Source: Trichoplax sp. H2 (lineage: Eukaryota). From it: DNA of 64,000 nucleotides. The stretch's first letter is position 1. Each line of letters opens with the position of its first letter. The stretch lies in the NCBI GenBank assembly GCA_003344405.1, contig NOWV01000247.1, forward strand, positions 1-64,000, written 5' to 3'. Positions 48,891-62,468 of this stretch are shown here, one piece after another. Made by a program: the position numbers and the translations under genes. The notes beneath the pieces are model-generated. The model saw only the letters and a list, made by a program, of their open reading frames with translations, was not told where the DNA came from and ran no database searches.

Positions 48891-49418
48891 AAACAACTGT
48901 GCTAGCACAACTTTTTAACTAAATCTAAGGAAGACCGTTTTATTAGATAAATAGGCCAAGAGTTTATGGTGCTATTTCACAACAGTCATTGTGTAGTAAT
49001 TGCTACCAACAGTTAATTACAATTATGATATGATAATGTAGCACTGAAGGTAAATGACATAATGAAATTTAGACTATGTACAAAGATGACATACTGCCAC
49101 GACACAAATTGTTCTGAATCGATGTGCTATTTACAGCGTTCTAATAATAAAGAACGAATAAAACAGATATTAAGCTATGAAGAAGAAATGTTTACAGCAA
49201 CTTGAGTGTCAAATATACTTTTAGTAATAGAACGAATATCGATATTTCAAACATACTTTAAGGAGTTCAATGAAAAAATACAATCAAACCAAATTGGTCG
49301 AATAGCTAATTATAAGAGCTATTTTCAAAGTAAAAATTTGACACTCCTCATACTAATAGATTTCATTTGATCTTCCTATACAGTACAAATTTCAATTTAT
49401 GATCTGTTTCGATGAATC

Positions 49419-52375
49419 TTAGGAATTTCGTGACTTCTTGGCATTGCTAGAGGAATCTAACGCTTGATTTGTCACTGCTGAATCAGTCTGATTGCTTGTT
49501 GCTGATGGTATATCCCACTTACTCTTCCTTTTCCGGTTTGCATCATCTCCTTAACGATAGAAATATACTATTCATTATCAATGCATTCCGTATTTAACGA
49601 TTTACATGTAGCGCAATTAAGCTTTCTCAACAAGGCACTCTAGAAAGTGATGTTAGTTCGAATTTAAGCAGAGCAAAAATCGATTACAAACTTTGTCACA
49701 TGCTTAGTTTACAAGTAATGGTACTGCTAGATAATACCTACCAGAAGCAGAGTTTGTAGTAGAAGAAGCATTTCGCTTCACGACCTTCACAAAATCAATC
49801 TAACAACACGTAACCGCATGGGTCAGTATATAGTTACAATACCTTGTACAACTATTAACATTAACTCAAGACTTGGAAATGACTATGTCAAGTCAATCCG
49901 TGCCATAGTAATTATATGGAATCAAGCAAGTTTTACTACAACAATTATAGCCGATATAACCTGAGTGCGACTTTGTTTAGCCTTTTCTTTCTTCTCATAT
50001 GTTTCCTTCTGTACTTTTGCTATTAAAAATTTTGATACATTTAGAATAGGAAATTTTAACAGAGAACACCTTAGTGTTTAGGGATCAATACAACGTATTA
50101 CCTATTGCATTGTAATAGTCATGTTTATCCCATAACTTTGGGTTGTACATTTCCTGCATAAAAAATTACAAATGATAGTTAAATACGGTAGTAACATAAA
50201 AGTAATCAATTTAATATAGAATTATCTATTAGTAATAGTAAATCATTCAAAACTTGTCATTATAAAAAGCTTACAGCTGGATAATTGGTTCCAGTTTCGT
50301 CTATTGCACAAAATTCCACTAATTTCTCATATATACTACATAAAAGATGTCAGACAACAACTTTAGTTAAATTGGTATCTTATTTTGTAGTCCATTAATC
50401 TACAATATCCAAGATTTATGAGACTAACCTGGGATTCCTAAAGTTCTTCCGTTTTTCCAAAATTTTATTCATATTACTGTCCATCTTCCTGGCTAGCATC
50501 GTTATAATTTTTTTCTGAAATTGTTCATCGGTTCATGAAAACTACATGTTACTACAGGTTTCCTTAATGTTTTAGCTTAATTACGATAAAGTAGCAAAGA
50601 CTTCTTCTATCATACCGTATGATGCAGCAATTACTATCATTGACTCCAATTCTAAAACATAATCACCTGCACATTCAGAGAATGAATCCCATCCGGTTCA
50701 GGAGGTAACTGAATTCTATCAATTTCGTCTTGATCTGTATTAACTAGCTTACCTAAAAAGAACATCAAACGATCATTCAGTTTATTATCAATACATCTCC
50801 AGAATAATAAGTGAGACTACAAACAAATTCTACCGTTTAGTAACGAACCTTTAGCAGAGTCATCATCCGACTCGCTAACGTAGAAAGCAGCCTAAATGAA
50901 ATAAGTTCAAGCTACTCTTGAGTAACATTGTAACGTCAACATGCGATCATACAAAGAACGATAGAGGGATAGTTCAAATTGGCTAATACTATAACCTACA
51001 AAAGTATTCTACTTACCTTTCCATTGGCATGCAGGTCTATTGAAAATAAAAAAGTACATCATTACTTCTAGAAGTAGGATAGGTTATTACATTAAACGAG
51101 TATCAATGTCAATTGAATTCATATTTCGGTTTAAAAAGACTTTAAAATACCTGTAGCGGAGTCGGATACCACCGTTGGTTCTGCTGCCTAAAAGACATCA
51201 ATTATTGGATTTCAGTATTTTAATCTTGTAAACGAGCTTGCAAGCTACTGCAGTATCTAACTAGCAGTACGTCTATTTACTGTACGATTTAAATTATTGT
51301 AACATTGGATATATATCTATACAACTAGCTACGTCTATGTCCATTTTTAAATCTAATGGATATCATTGTCTATTAACAATGTCTACGTAATTATTTCGTT
51401 AATTATACCTTAAAAGCAGAATCTTCATCTCTGTACTCTACTAAGCTATCTATATTAAATTAAAGAAAAGGACGATCATCAGAAGCTAATTCATGATTAA
51501 CTGGAACAATAAACAAGCAGAGTCATCATCGAAGATCAGAAAAGTTGATAGAAATTGAAATTAAAACATGCCGATAGAACTTCTGGCATATTTCATTTTC
51601 AATTGATTGACGGTAAGTAGATTAGCAACATACTGTGTTACAAATTCTAAGTAAACTGCTCCGATTGATTGCAGGAGCAGAAAGGAAGAGATCGATTCCA
51701 TCCGCTATCACTTGCTACAGTACTGCATGAAATAAGACTACAACAGTCATCATCATGATACAGTCAACGAATCCACGTAGTCATAACCCACCACTGAAAT
51801 GCATTTCACATACAACTAATACTATGAGATTGGCAACAGACCACTTTAGATAGTCAAAATTACAAATGTAGCGACAGTTGAAGTTACTAATCCTGCCTTG
51901 GCAAAGTTTCAACTGCAAATATAGTAGTAGGTAATAAGTGAATGAGGTAACAACGCATTTAGATTTGAACGTATTTCATTTATTTAATCCATCACTACAT
52001 GATCAAGTCTAGAACAATCATAAACGGTAAATTAGATTCTAGTCCTGAAAATAACTATCGTTGTTCCTTCAATTCGTTTGAATCATCGTCTGGATCACAT
52101 TCAACGCCATACCAACATCCACTATCCTATCCATACTCCATACTGTCCTGTAGCGGCTTACTAACGTAAGATACTCGTACCTATTGTTACTGTCAACACC
52201 CATGACCACATTCAAAAACTGATTCGGTAAAATCCACATTATTTATCATCGGCATTTCCCTACTTCTACTTCACTATTCCTTAAGCTAATTCAACTTACC
52301 CTTATTTCTATCTTCTTGTTCATCTTCATTATCACTATCGGCGCCGTAATTAACAAGAGAATGCAGCGATGCCAT
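49419..52375 (-). CDS. SAP30BP: SAP30-binding protein (HCNGP family)
   Basis: MASLHSLVNYGADSDNEDE, IQLPPEPDG, KRKNFRNPS|IYEKLVEFCAIDETGTNYP, WDKHDYYNAI, and C-terminal RKRKSKWD. Stop TAA at 49419-49421. Confidence 0.92.
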
Positions 52376-53469
52376 TGCTTTTACTTTGGGAAGTTTTCAA
52401 GGCGCACACGATCCGAGTGGTAGCCGCTCGGCGTGATGCGCAGCCGTAGATCAGCATTGACACGAATGCCGGGTACTATCCAAGAAGAATGTCACTATTG
52501 TCTATACTTCTTATGCATGTTATAGTGACATTATTTTTGCTAGTCCATTCGGTCCCTTACAAATCGTTCAAAAGCAGTAAGTGCTGCATAATAATTCTGT
52601 CTGTATTACCCAGGTTTGGTACAGTACGCAATCGCTCGCAGTGATCAATACAAAACACTACAGTAAACTGCAGTAGTCTATACTGTAGTATGATTTGTAC
52701 GGTTCTACAGTATACTGTACTGTACTGTACATGTACAGTATAATACTCTACAGTACATTGTACTGTAAACTGTACAGTACTGTAGCATTTTCACACAACT
52801 TGACTCGGACTATGCCAAGGCATCTCGCACCATCGATGGATAGGCTGTCTTTTCTTTCCTTTTACGCAGAGTTGTTCAATGAAAAAGGAAGAAGAACAAC
52901 CTATGGCTAGATCACGTTGGTATTAGCCATACCTTTGCTTTTACTTTGGGAAGTTTTCAAGACGCACACGATCCGAGTGGTAGCCGCACGGCGTGATGCG
53001 CAATCGTAGATCAGCATTGACACGAATGCCGGGTACTATCCAAGAAGAATGTCACTATTGCCTATACTTCTTATGCATGTTATAGTGACATTATTTTTGC
53101 TAGTCCATTCGGTCCCTTACAAATCGTTCAAAAGCAGTAAGTGCTGCATAATAATTCTGTCTGTATTACCCTGGTTTGGTACTGTACGCAATCGCTCGCA
53201 TTGATCAATACAAAACACTACAGTAAACTGCAGTCGTCTTTTTCCACTAGTCTATAGTATGATTTGTACGGTTCTATACTGTACTGTATAGTACTGTACA
53301 TTGTACTGTAAACTGTACAGTACTGTAGCATTTTCACATAACTTGACTGGGACTATGCCAAGGGCATCTCGCACCGTAGATGGATAGGCTGTCTTTTCTT
53401 TCCTTTTACGCAGAGTTGTTAAAGGAAAAAGGAAGAGCAACAACCTATGGCTAGATCACGTTGGTATTA
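52375..53469. repeat. ~550-bp tandem duplication of the SAP30BP 5'-UTR/promoter
   Basis: Copy 1 (52375-52925) and copy 2 (52935-53469) both run TTGCTTTTACTTTGGGAAGTTTTCAAG..CCTATGGCTAGATCACGTTGGTATTA with scattered substitutions and indels. No N gap lies between them. Confidence 0.93.
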
Positions 53470-53675
53470 CCGGCTTCTACGCCTGTTCACAGTAATGAAA
53501 ATGACGCCATTAAGGCTGAAAAAGAGTTTTGTACCCAACTCATATTGTACAGTATAAATGGTAGAGAATAAAGTGAGTCAGTACAGTTACTGTACTGTAT
53601 ATACAGTACTGTATACTGTATGTGTGCGCGCGATGCGTAGTCCACGGACAGGAGGATCAGACAGACCCACTGCCC

Positions 53676-53689
53676 GTTGCCAGGGATAC
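53676..53689 (+). promoter_or_regulatory. RFX X-box upstream of BBS2
   Basis: GTTGCCAGGGATAC matches the X-box consensus GTNRCC(N)2RGNAAC/TAC, ~420 bp upstream of a ciliary gene ATG. An extra half-site GTTGCTA lies at ~53742. Confidence 0.65.
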
Positions 53690-54107
53690 CATTCTACGGC
53701 ACCCATTTTAACGAAAGGCAACGATACGAAATACGATCAGTGTTGCTATAGCTTGCTCCTTGTTACTCATTAACTCATACTTTAGTAATCTTATTAAATT
53801 GTACTATTAACTTAAAATTAAAATCAAGGTCGTTTTTATTAATCCTCCGAAAGAAACAGAATTGGCCTGTTTATACGACTGTTCATGATCCCAGTGCCAA
53901 AATCATTACATTAATAGTCAACACTCGTGTAAAATTACCGATATACGCGTCTCATCGCTTGTACGCAAACAACCGGGCTACCGGTACACTAGTTTTAGTG
54001 ATAGCAAACGATATACGTATTACTGTGGGTATCAGCCGTAATTTCGGATAGAACTTAGCTTTCTTGCAGTAAACATCACAAAAAGTCTATGCAATATATT
54101 GTACAAG

Positions 54108-57100
54108 ATGATCGTACCAATATTCACACTTAGGTTTAATCATAAAATTTTCGCTGGTTTGACTACAGTTGGCCTCTATGATGGCAAACATCCTTGCTTA
54201 ACGTGTGCTACCACAGCCGGAAAGGTAAATACGAGTAATTGCCTTATTTTGAGATAACTGCAAACACTTAATCTTGTATAGAAAAAGCAATATGAAATTC
54301 GAGTAATATCGACGATATTACAATGTATGATTGCCAATGGCTAAATTATTAACAAATTTTGGATAAGGGATAGTTTTATATATGTGTAGCGATCTAGACA
54401 TCAGGCAGTTGCATATAATGAAATGTATTAGTGAAGAAAGTATTCTACCTTATGCTGTGTTATGTACCTTAGTATAAAACATACACAAAGAATGAACTCA
54501 ACGAGGAGATAGTTAAGCCATTTACTAGCATCGTTGTTTGCTAGTACATTTGATGTATGTATACTACATAATCAGCTGAAAAGGTTAATCTTTTAATGAT
54601 AAATCTAAGTTTAATTATTGAGATACAATTCCAAGTTATTCCTTTGCTTAGACAATGCGTGATTATGGACTTGGCTGCTTTGATAAATTAACGCAGTTCA
54701 TAAGCAGCTGTTTCTAAAATTAAATTCTGAGCCTATGACGAACTTCTAGCTTATGGTTAATAGATATTTTACCATTCTTGTCTCGCATGATTTGAATTTG
54801 TTTTGATCTAATGAAGCTGAATCGACTAAATACCTATGAATAAAGGCTACTCTATATTTAGCAGTATATACTATATTTTACTGTATTGCCTAAGTTGAAA
54901 TAAGAATCTTCGTTCAGTAAAAATGGGTAGTGGACTAAAGTATTCATTATCACGTAATGTAGTAAATCTTTATCTCTTGCTGACTATGGCTGAAGCGGTT
55001 AGCAAGTTAAAAATGCTACTCAGTAAATAATTCTACCCAAAATTCCTCAGTTTGTTACAAAACTATGATTCTGTACTTGTAATTTATCATTTTGCTGTAT
55101 TGTATGTGCGAATAACTCTATTGTATATTATATCGTTTTATATACGCGTATGAATGATACTTATACGCTATCACTATATCGAAATGTATATGGCAGAATG
55201 GCATCAGTTCATGTTCGTGACTATTAGCATCTTTATTCAAAAAACAATTCAATCTTTATCTACTTGTGTAACACAGTTATTTATTATTATAGTTTATACT
55301 TTGCATCTAGTTGATACTCGATCTCTTAAAAGATACTATATTTGTATTCAAGCACATTATGGCTGGTTTTCAATGTTTACTCTTTCAGTACCCGTGTTAC
55401 GATTACATCTGATTTACAATAGCTAGCTTCTAAAAGTAATTGACTACTTATGGTCTGGCTATCTATATCAATTCACATTGAGGGTACTTATTTGCTCTTT
55501 CAAGGCTCCGTCCTATTGCAATAATTGTAGTAGCTATCGTAAGACTGCAACAACAGTTTATCAAATATTTCGGATATGCTAAATAATATTATTACTCAAA
55601 GGAGAATTCTGAGATTCAATGCAAAAAAAAGCTGGAGTACAACTAGCGAATTCTTCATACCCTGGGCTTAAATTTTCAATTTACTAATAATTTAGATCTG
55701 AATTAAGCAAGCGAAATTAGATCTGAAGTTTACTGCTCACTGTCCAGCTAAATAATTGCATTATAATTTTCACTACTTATACATATTATATTTAAACGAT
55801 CAAATTCTTCCACATATGAGATCGCAAATAAAATTGCTCGCAACCAATGTACATGTTCATAGTAAGTATTTCTATGAACAGTATTATTTATAAGTATTAA
55901 AATAATACAGTACTATAAGTGTAGTATAACAAAGTCAGTTTGAAACTATCAATCTATATCTAGTATACGTATCTCAGATCAATGTTGCTTTAATACCATA
56001 GTATTGCACTGTACTTTGATATATACAGTATACAGTATGTACACTTTTACAGCACAGTACAGTATTATCATTACAGTAACTGCGTTGTCTACTATACTTG
56101 GGGTGCTGTGAGGTTCCGCCAGTTACGCTAACGCTACCGATATACTGTATTTTGAGAATTTTAATTTGGTAATCGTCATTCAATGCTCCCTTATATTAGT
56201 TAATAGGCAATAAATGCGTCAAATTGCTACTGTTTTTATGACACAGAATAATAGGTTATGATATTACGTCAAATTAATTGCTGAGAATATTCGTTCGCAG
56301 ATAGGTAACGTGTAACGTGTAATAGCCAATATCTTCTTTGGCTGTATTCGATGCAGTACTATGTAAACGCAAAAGATTACTTTACGGTAGATATTCATAT
56401 TACACCTTCGTAGCGATCTAAGCTTTAATTATTCAAAGTTTTTGGCACACATCCATTTCGTTATATAACAGACTATAAGAACGAGAAATAACCAATTTAA
56501 TTTATAAAATTTTCTGTATTGAAGTTCAAAATCGATGCAGATGATTGAAATTGGTTTATTAATGATGATAAAAAATAAATTTTGATACATATGCGATAAT
56601 ACTTTATGCAATGTCTAGATCAAATACAATGACTAAAGAAATAGCATTCGTCTACATATTCCTATATCGGCATTATTAAAATATTTATATAATTATTTTG
56701 TAGTCGGTAGTATGCAATAACACCATAAAACTTCTTTTTTTAGATATTGGTTCATAATCCTCACGCAAGGTTCAATGAAGGTGGCCGTATAAGTGCTGGA
56801 ACCGAATCGGACGTACATTTACTGAATATAGGACAACAAATAACCGCTTTAACTGCTGGTGCTTTGAATTCGAATGTAAATAAAGACTTCTTAGTTGCTG
56901 GGACACAAACGAGCATTCTAGCCTATGATGTTGATCAAAATGCAGATTTATTCTACAAGGATGTATGTTAAATAACGATTAATACAGTAGCTAGCATGGC
57001 CAGATACTTATCGAGTTAATATGATTATGATGAAAAACTTTAGGTAATAAATAGCATCGTTGGCTATATTTATTTTTCAGGTTGCAGATGGAGTAAACGT

Positions 57101-60100
57101 TGCTGTTGTAGGTCAATTAGGCCAAATTGATTGTCCAATAGCAGTTGTGGGTGGTAACTGTTCTATACAAGGATTCGACTACGAGGGCAATGATTTATTT
57201 TGGACAGTAAGTAGAAGTTATTAGCTTTAAATGGATGAAATTAATCCTATTATTATACTGAACGGCAATTGAACCGTGAACTATTTCAGGTTACAGGAGA
57301 TAACGTTCGAGCAATGGCGTTATGCGACTTCACGCGAGATAATGAGCAAGAGGTATAGTGTAGCATATGCTCTACATCCACCATCGTCTTTAACAGTCTT
57401 AATTGTTGTAAACGGGGTGTTATTTTATAATAGATATCTAATAATTATTTTTCTTGTTGAGTTAGTATTCATGTACCTCATACTTTCCTTCACAATAGAC
57501 TATAGCATTTGTAAGGCGACAAGATGATCGTAAATTAATACATTTCTTCTCATTTGATTTCTCCTAATACAGTTAATAGTTGGCTCCGATGACTACGATA
57601 TACGTGTATTCAAGAAGGACGAATTAGTTTCAGAAATGACAGAAACAGAAGTGCGAAATACTTAATAAGTTTATTATATTATCATTATAATTATGTTTTA
57701 ATGAAATTTTCCGTACAATGTGCCAATTTGTCTCTACGTTTTAATGTTTACTTTACCTAGGCTGTGACATGTCTTTGCCCTATGTCAGGTAGTAAATTTG
57801 GATATTCTCTAGCTAATGGTACTGTTGGTGTTTATGACAAAACAACACGATACTGGAGGATTAAAGTAAGTTGATAATTAGCCTATTACATATTAATTTC
57901 TATAGAATACGCAAAAATCAGCTCTAACCTCGCAACTGTAGTAGTAGCATAATTTTTCAATTTTTTATTGATTACACTATATTGGTCTTATAGTCTAAGA
58001 ATCAGGTAGTATCAATATTTAACTACGATCTTGATGGTGATGGTGTTGTCGAGCTGATAACTGGATGGTCGAACGGAAAGGTAATCAAATTTCCTTCTTT
58101 TACTTTTAATTCTACGATCGTGAAGGTAAGTAGCTTTACTTTAAAGATTTCAGCTAACGAATCATTGCCATTTTATGCTAAAATAGGTTGATGCTCGTAA
58201 TGATAGAACTGGAGAAGTTATGTTTAAAGATAATTTTCCAAGTTCGATTGCTGGAATTATAAAGGTATAACAGTACATGGATAGTTTTATAATTTCCAAG
58301 AGACAAAGCTAATCTCGTTTATTAACAGTATATGTTATATTGCTAAAATTTCAATTTCTTATCAGGCTGATTACCGAATGGATGGGCAGCAAGAACTTAT
58401 ATGTTGTTCTATTAACGGAGAAGGTAAATTTAGTAATTTGTTCATAATCTAAATATTAATTGAATTGATAAAAGTAGGCATTATATGCAGCTCTATACAT
58501 TAATTATACTTGATATTAAAGGCTTAGTAGTAAGACTTTTTCAATCAATATTCATATAGTACTTACTTTAATTTATTTCTTTAAGTTCGAGGTTATTTAC
58601 CTATGGAACAATCAGGTGGCACTACAGCTCCGACAACAGAAAAGGACGTATTTAGGGAGCTGAGCCTTAAAAAACAGGTCATAAATTTAGAATTAACTTA
58701 CAACTGCATATATCAAATTATTAAAGTATCTAAATATTTTTGCAAAATCTTGTAACAAAAGTTAATGCTATATTGTGCACTATTGAAGATTACGTTTGTA
58801 ATAAATGATAAATAGCAAAGTAGTTAAATTATATTTAAATTTTTGTCCATAGATACTTACATATATAGATAGCAAGTAATTTCCATTGCTCGATCTAACG
58901 TAAAATTTATTTGGTAACAGAATCTGTTAACTGAACTAAAAAATTATGAAAAAAATGTGAAAGCGCATAAGTTGCCTGTAGGACTAGAAAAGAGCGAGAT
59001 TGATGGAACTCCAGTGGGATTAATACCAGTTCAGTAGCCTATTGATTTCTACTGATACATTATCGCGTATTACATTGATTAGGTTGAATAAACTTCAGTT
59101 ACCTAAGCATCCAATTTCATGACATCTTTTACGCCATATTATAGGCTAACACGCAGCTGCTTGTAACCCTTGATGTTAGTCCTGGCGATGCAAATATACA
59201 GGTTGAGATAGTTACTTTCCTGATTTCCTAAGTTGAGAAAATTTATTTGAGTGTTCTCAAGATAACTATATTTTAATAACCGTATTTAATTCGCATTTCT
59301 AGCCTCACATCGTTCTTCACATATCTACCAGCAATGGTTAGCGTTTCATAATAATTACAATGGCTTTATGTACTTTTACTGTATTAGTTCATTTTATTCG
59401 CATTATAACATTACTAAGAGTACCATTATTTTTTTTAGATACTATCCTTCGAGCAATTATTATATTTGCTGAAGGAATATTTAAAGGCGAAAGTCATGTA
59501 GTGTAAGCTTTGATAAATATCTAGAGATTTGTGACAAGTACAACAAGAATCGCAAATTACAGTATAGTTATGAACGAGCTATTGCAGTTTTAATATGGAC
59601 ATTTTATCCATTTATTTCTTCATTAGCCATCCGAGTCCTCAAAATGTAAGCAATAAGTTAGATGTTCGAATATTTCCACAAAAAGATGGCGTTGTAGATT
59701 TGCATATAAAGGCTCTAGTCGGTTACAAATCAAGGTATACGAAATGGTTTAATGAACTGTCATCAAATACAGTTCGCTAACTCTATTCTGTAATTTAATA
59801 TGCTATTGTCTAGCGTTCAATTTCATACATTTGAAATGACACGCCAAATTCCAAGATTTACCTTATATATCGTGGCTCCTGATGATACACCGGAACCCAA
59901 ATCATCCGTGGTTTTTCATATCACCGAAAGAATAAATAGGGTAAGGAAGTTATGCAATGTATTTCAGTGCTGTCATCGCTTTACTATCTGTGGTCGAGGT
60001 TAAAAATGAGTGTTTATTCTGATTGTAAAATATCATTGACCTGGCTCTAGGTTGTTATGTGGATAAATCAAAACTTTCTATTACAAAAGGAAATTGAAGC

Positions 60101-61253
60101 TGAGGATGAGCTTAATGTTAAATTGATATGTTTACGAGAAAATACTCCGTTGTTTGTGAATATGGAACCAAATCAAAATGGCAAAGTAGAATATATTATT
60201 GCTTCCCTAACTTTATGCATAATAATATTAAAGTACTACAATCCTACTCCTTTATTTTTTTAAGATTACTATCAAAACAGATAATATGGATCTTGCTGGT
60301 GACGTAATCCAGGGATTAACAACTTTTTTAGGGATCGAGGTTGGAAAAAATTAATTTAAATTGATATTAAAATATCTTTGTAGCTGATATCAATCTAATA
60401 TATGTGATATATTCGAGTATGTATGAAATTATCCTTTTCATTATAAGGACCTGCAAGTTACGGCAGATTTTCCAGATTACTTAGAATACCTACGAAGTGT
60501 CCTTGAAAAGGTAATCTTGTTGTATATGTCGTTATGTGGTATTTCTAATTTTGTGTTATTAGGAGTATGGTTGGAACAAAGTATTACTTCATAATTACTA
60601 CATTATACTATAATAACTAGGTTGATGAATATCACTCGACAAGTGAGAAGCTTACTGCAGAAATGGCTGATCATTCAAATCTCATTCGAAGTTTAATAGT
60701 TAGAGCCGAAGATGCTCGTATAATGGGCGATATGTACGTACTATAGTAATTTCAAAAATCTTGTAGATGGTTCCCTAAGCTAATTCATTACTAAAAGGCT
60801 GTAAAATTCTGAATACTGAGATCAATTTATCCAATGCCATCCCTACTTAGGCTGAACATGAAAAGAGGCTACATGGAACTAAATACCGTCAATCGCGATC
60901 TGATAAGCCAATATAGCATTCGATGTAATAATCATACGGAGCTGTTATCTAATTTAAAGATTGTTAATCAAACTATACAGAAAGCGGGAAGGCTAAGAGG
61001 TAATATTGCTGCAGTGGAATGATTTAGTGAACAATTATAATTAGTAGTGATTATCAAGTATGCCTTGTTTGTGGAAGTATGCGCGTATTACTTGTTACGA
61101 TATCATTCAAAAGCGCGACAGTAATTTTCTACTATTATCTTCTCTTACAAAGTTGGCAAATCTAAAACCCAAGTCATAGCAGCATGCAGAGCCGCAATTA
61201 AATCCAATAATATTAGCAGCCTGTTCAAGATTATTAAAGCTGGTTCATCGTAG
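54108..61253 (+). CDS. BBS2: Bardet-Biedl syndrome 2 protein (BBSome core), ~22 exons
   Basis: [128 protein letters not shown] and [25 protein letters not shown]. Stop TAG at 61251-61253. Confidence 0.97.
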
Positions 61254-62024
61254 TTATGTGGGGTGTTGAATAACTCTAATTTGAAAGACAAGCGTACCAT
61301 TTGTAGGCAGATCCTGTACTAGTATATTTGACTCACATCCTGCATAAGATTCGACCATGAAAGTCGTAGACTAATTCGCTTTGCTATTCGATTAAGACAG
61401 ATTGTACAATCCTAACGGTGATTGTCTTGATTTACGGTCAATTTACTAATTTAGACTTGATTTTGATGCATGCAATCTTATGCATTTGGATATATGCGGT
61501 GCGAACATGTGTTTTACGTCTTCCAATGTCGTTCTGATAGTTCATGGTGTTCGTCTCTACTCAAATGGTAATTCCTGTGTAGTTGTTTTCAATAACTTTT
61601 TCTTTTTTCTATGCTAACTATAACTGTACATGCTTAAGATTTACGCAGTTGAGTTTCGATTATTTTAACCACGCTGATTCATTCGTATAATCTGACATTA
61701 CAGTATACTGTATAGCATAATGATAATAATAATTATTATTACGATATCACTACTTGAGCAAATTTGACCACGAAAGCTACAGCCATAGGCTATCGAAGTA
61801 TACTATATCTGTTTAGGCGCTTTTAGCAGTCTATGCTTGTAGTATTCGATTTCTATTACGTATGCGTACTTTATCATTATAGACTATAATTGCATCCGTA
61901 ATTTCTATCTGCAATGTATAAAACTACTATCCAAAGTATCCGTACTGACTGTGAGTTAGAATTATCGACATTTTTAAAGGTTCTATTGTAAAATACATGT
62001 ACCGTGTACGCGTATGCGTACAGT

Positions 62025-62400
62025 TATTGAGTGAATTAACAATAATTATGAATAAATCATAATATCATGTGCATTCGAAATACTTTATACAATCTTCAAG
62101 ATGAGGTAATAACGCTGTCGTGGACGACTGTAAAGTCGTGATAGAGTAAATTAATAATAGTTATGAAAACAGTCAGTCAAGATATCGTGTGCATTCGATA
62201 TACTTTATACAATCTTCAATTTCATGGAGGCAAAAGGATATGAGATGAGATAATAACGTTGTCGTGGACGACTGTAAAATCACTATTGAGTGAATTAGTA
62301 ATAGTTATGAAAACAGTCAGTCAAGATATCGTGTGCATTCGAAATACTTTATACAATCTTCAATTTCATGGAGGCAAAAAGGATAAGATGGGGGGGGGGT
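62025..62400. repeat. Tandem repeat, ~120-145 bp unit, 3 copies
   Basis: ATATC(A/G)TGTGCATTCGA(A/T)ATACTTTATACAATCTTCAA at ~62062, 62182 and 62326. Confidence 0.88.
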
Positions 62401-62468
62401 AACAACGCTTCTGTAAGTGTACATTATGTACCGTACATTGAGTGTACTGTACAGTGTACAGCGCGATT

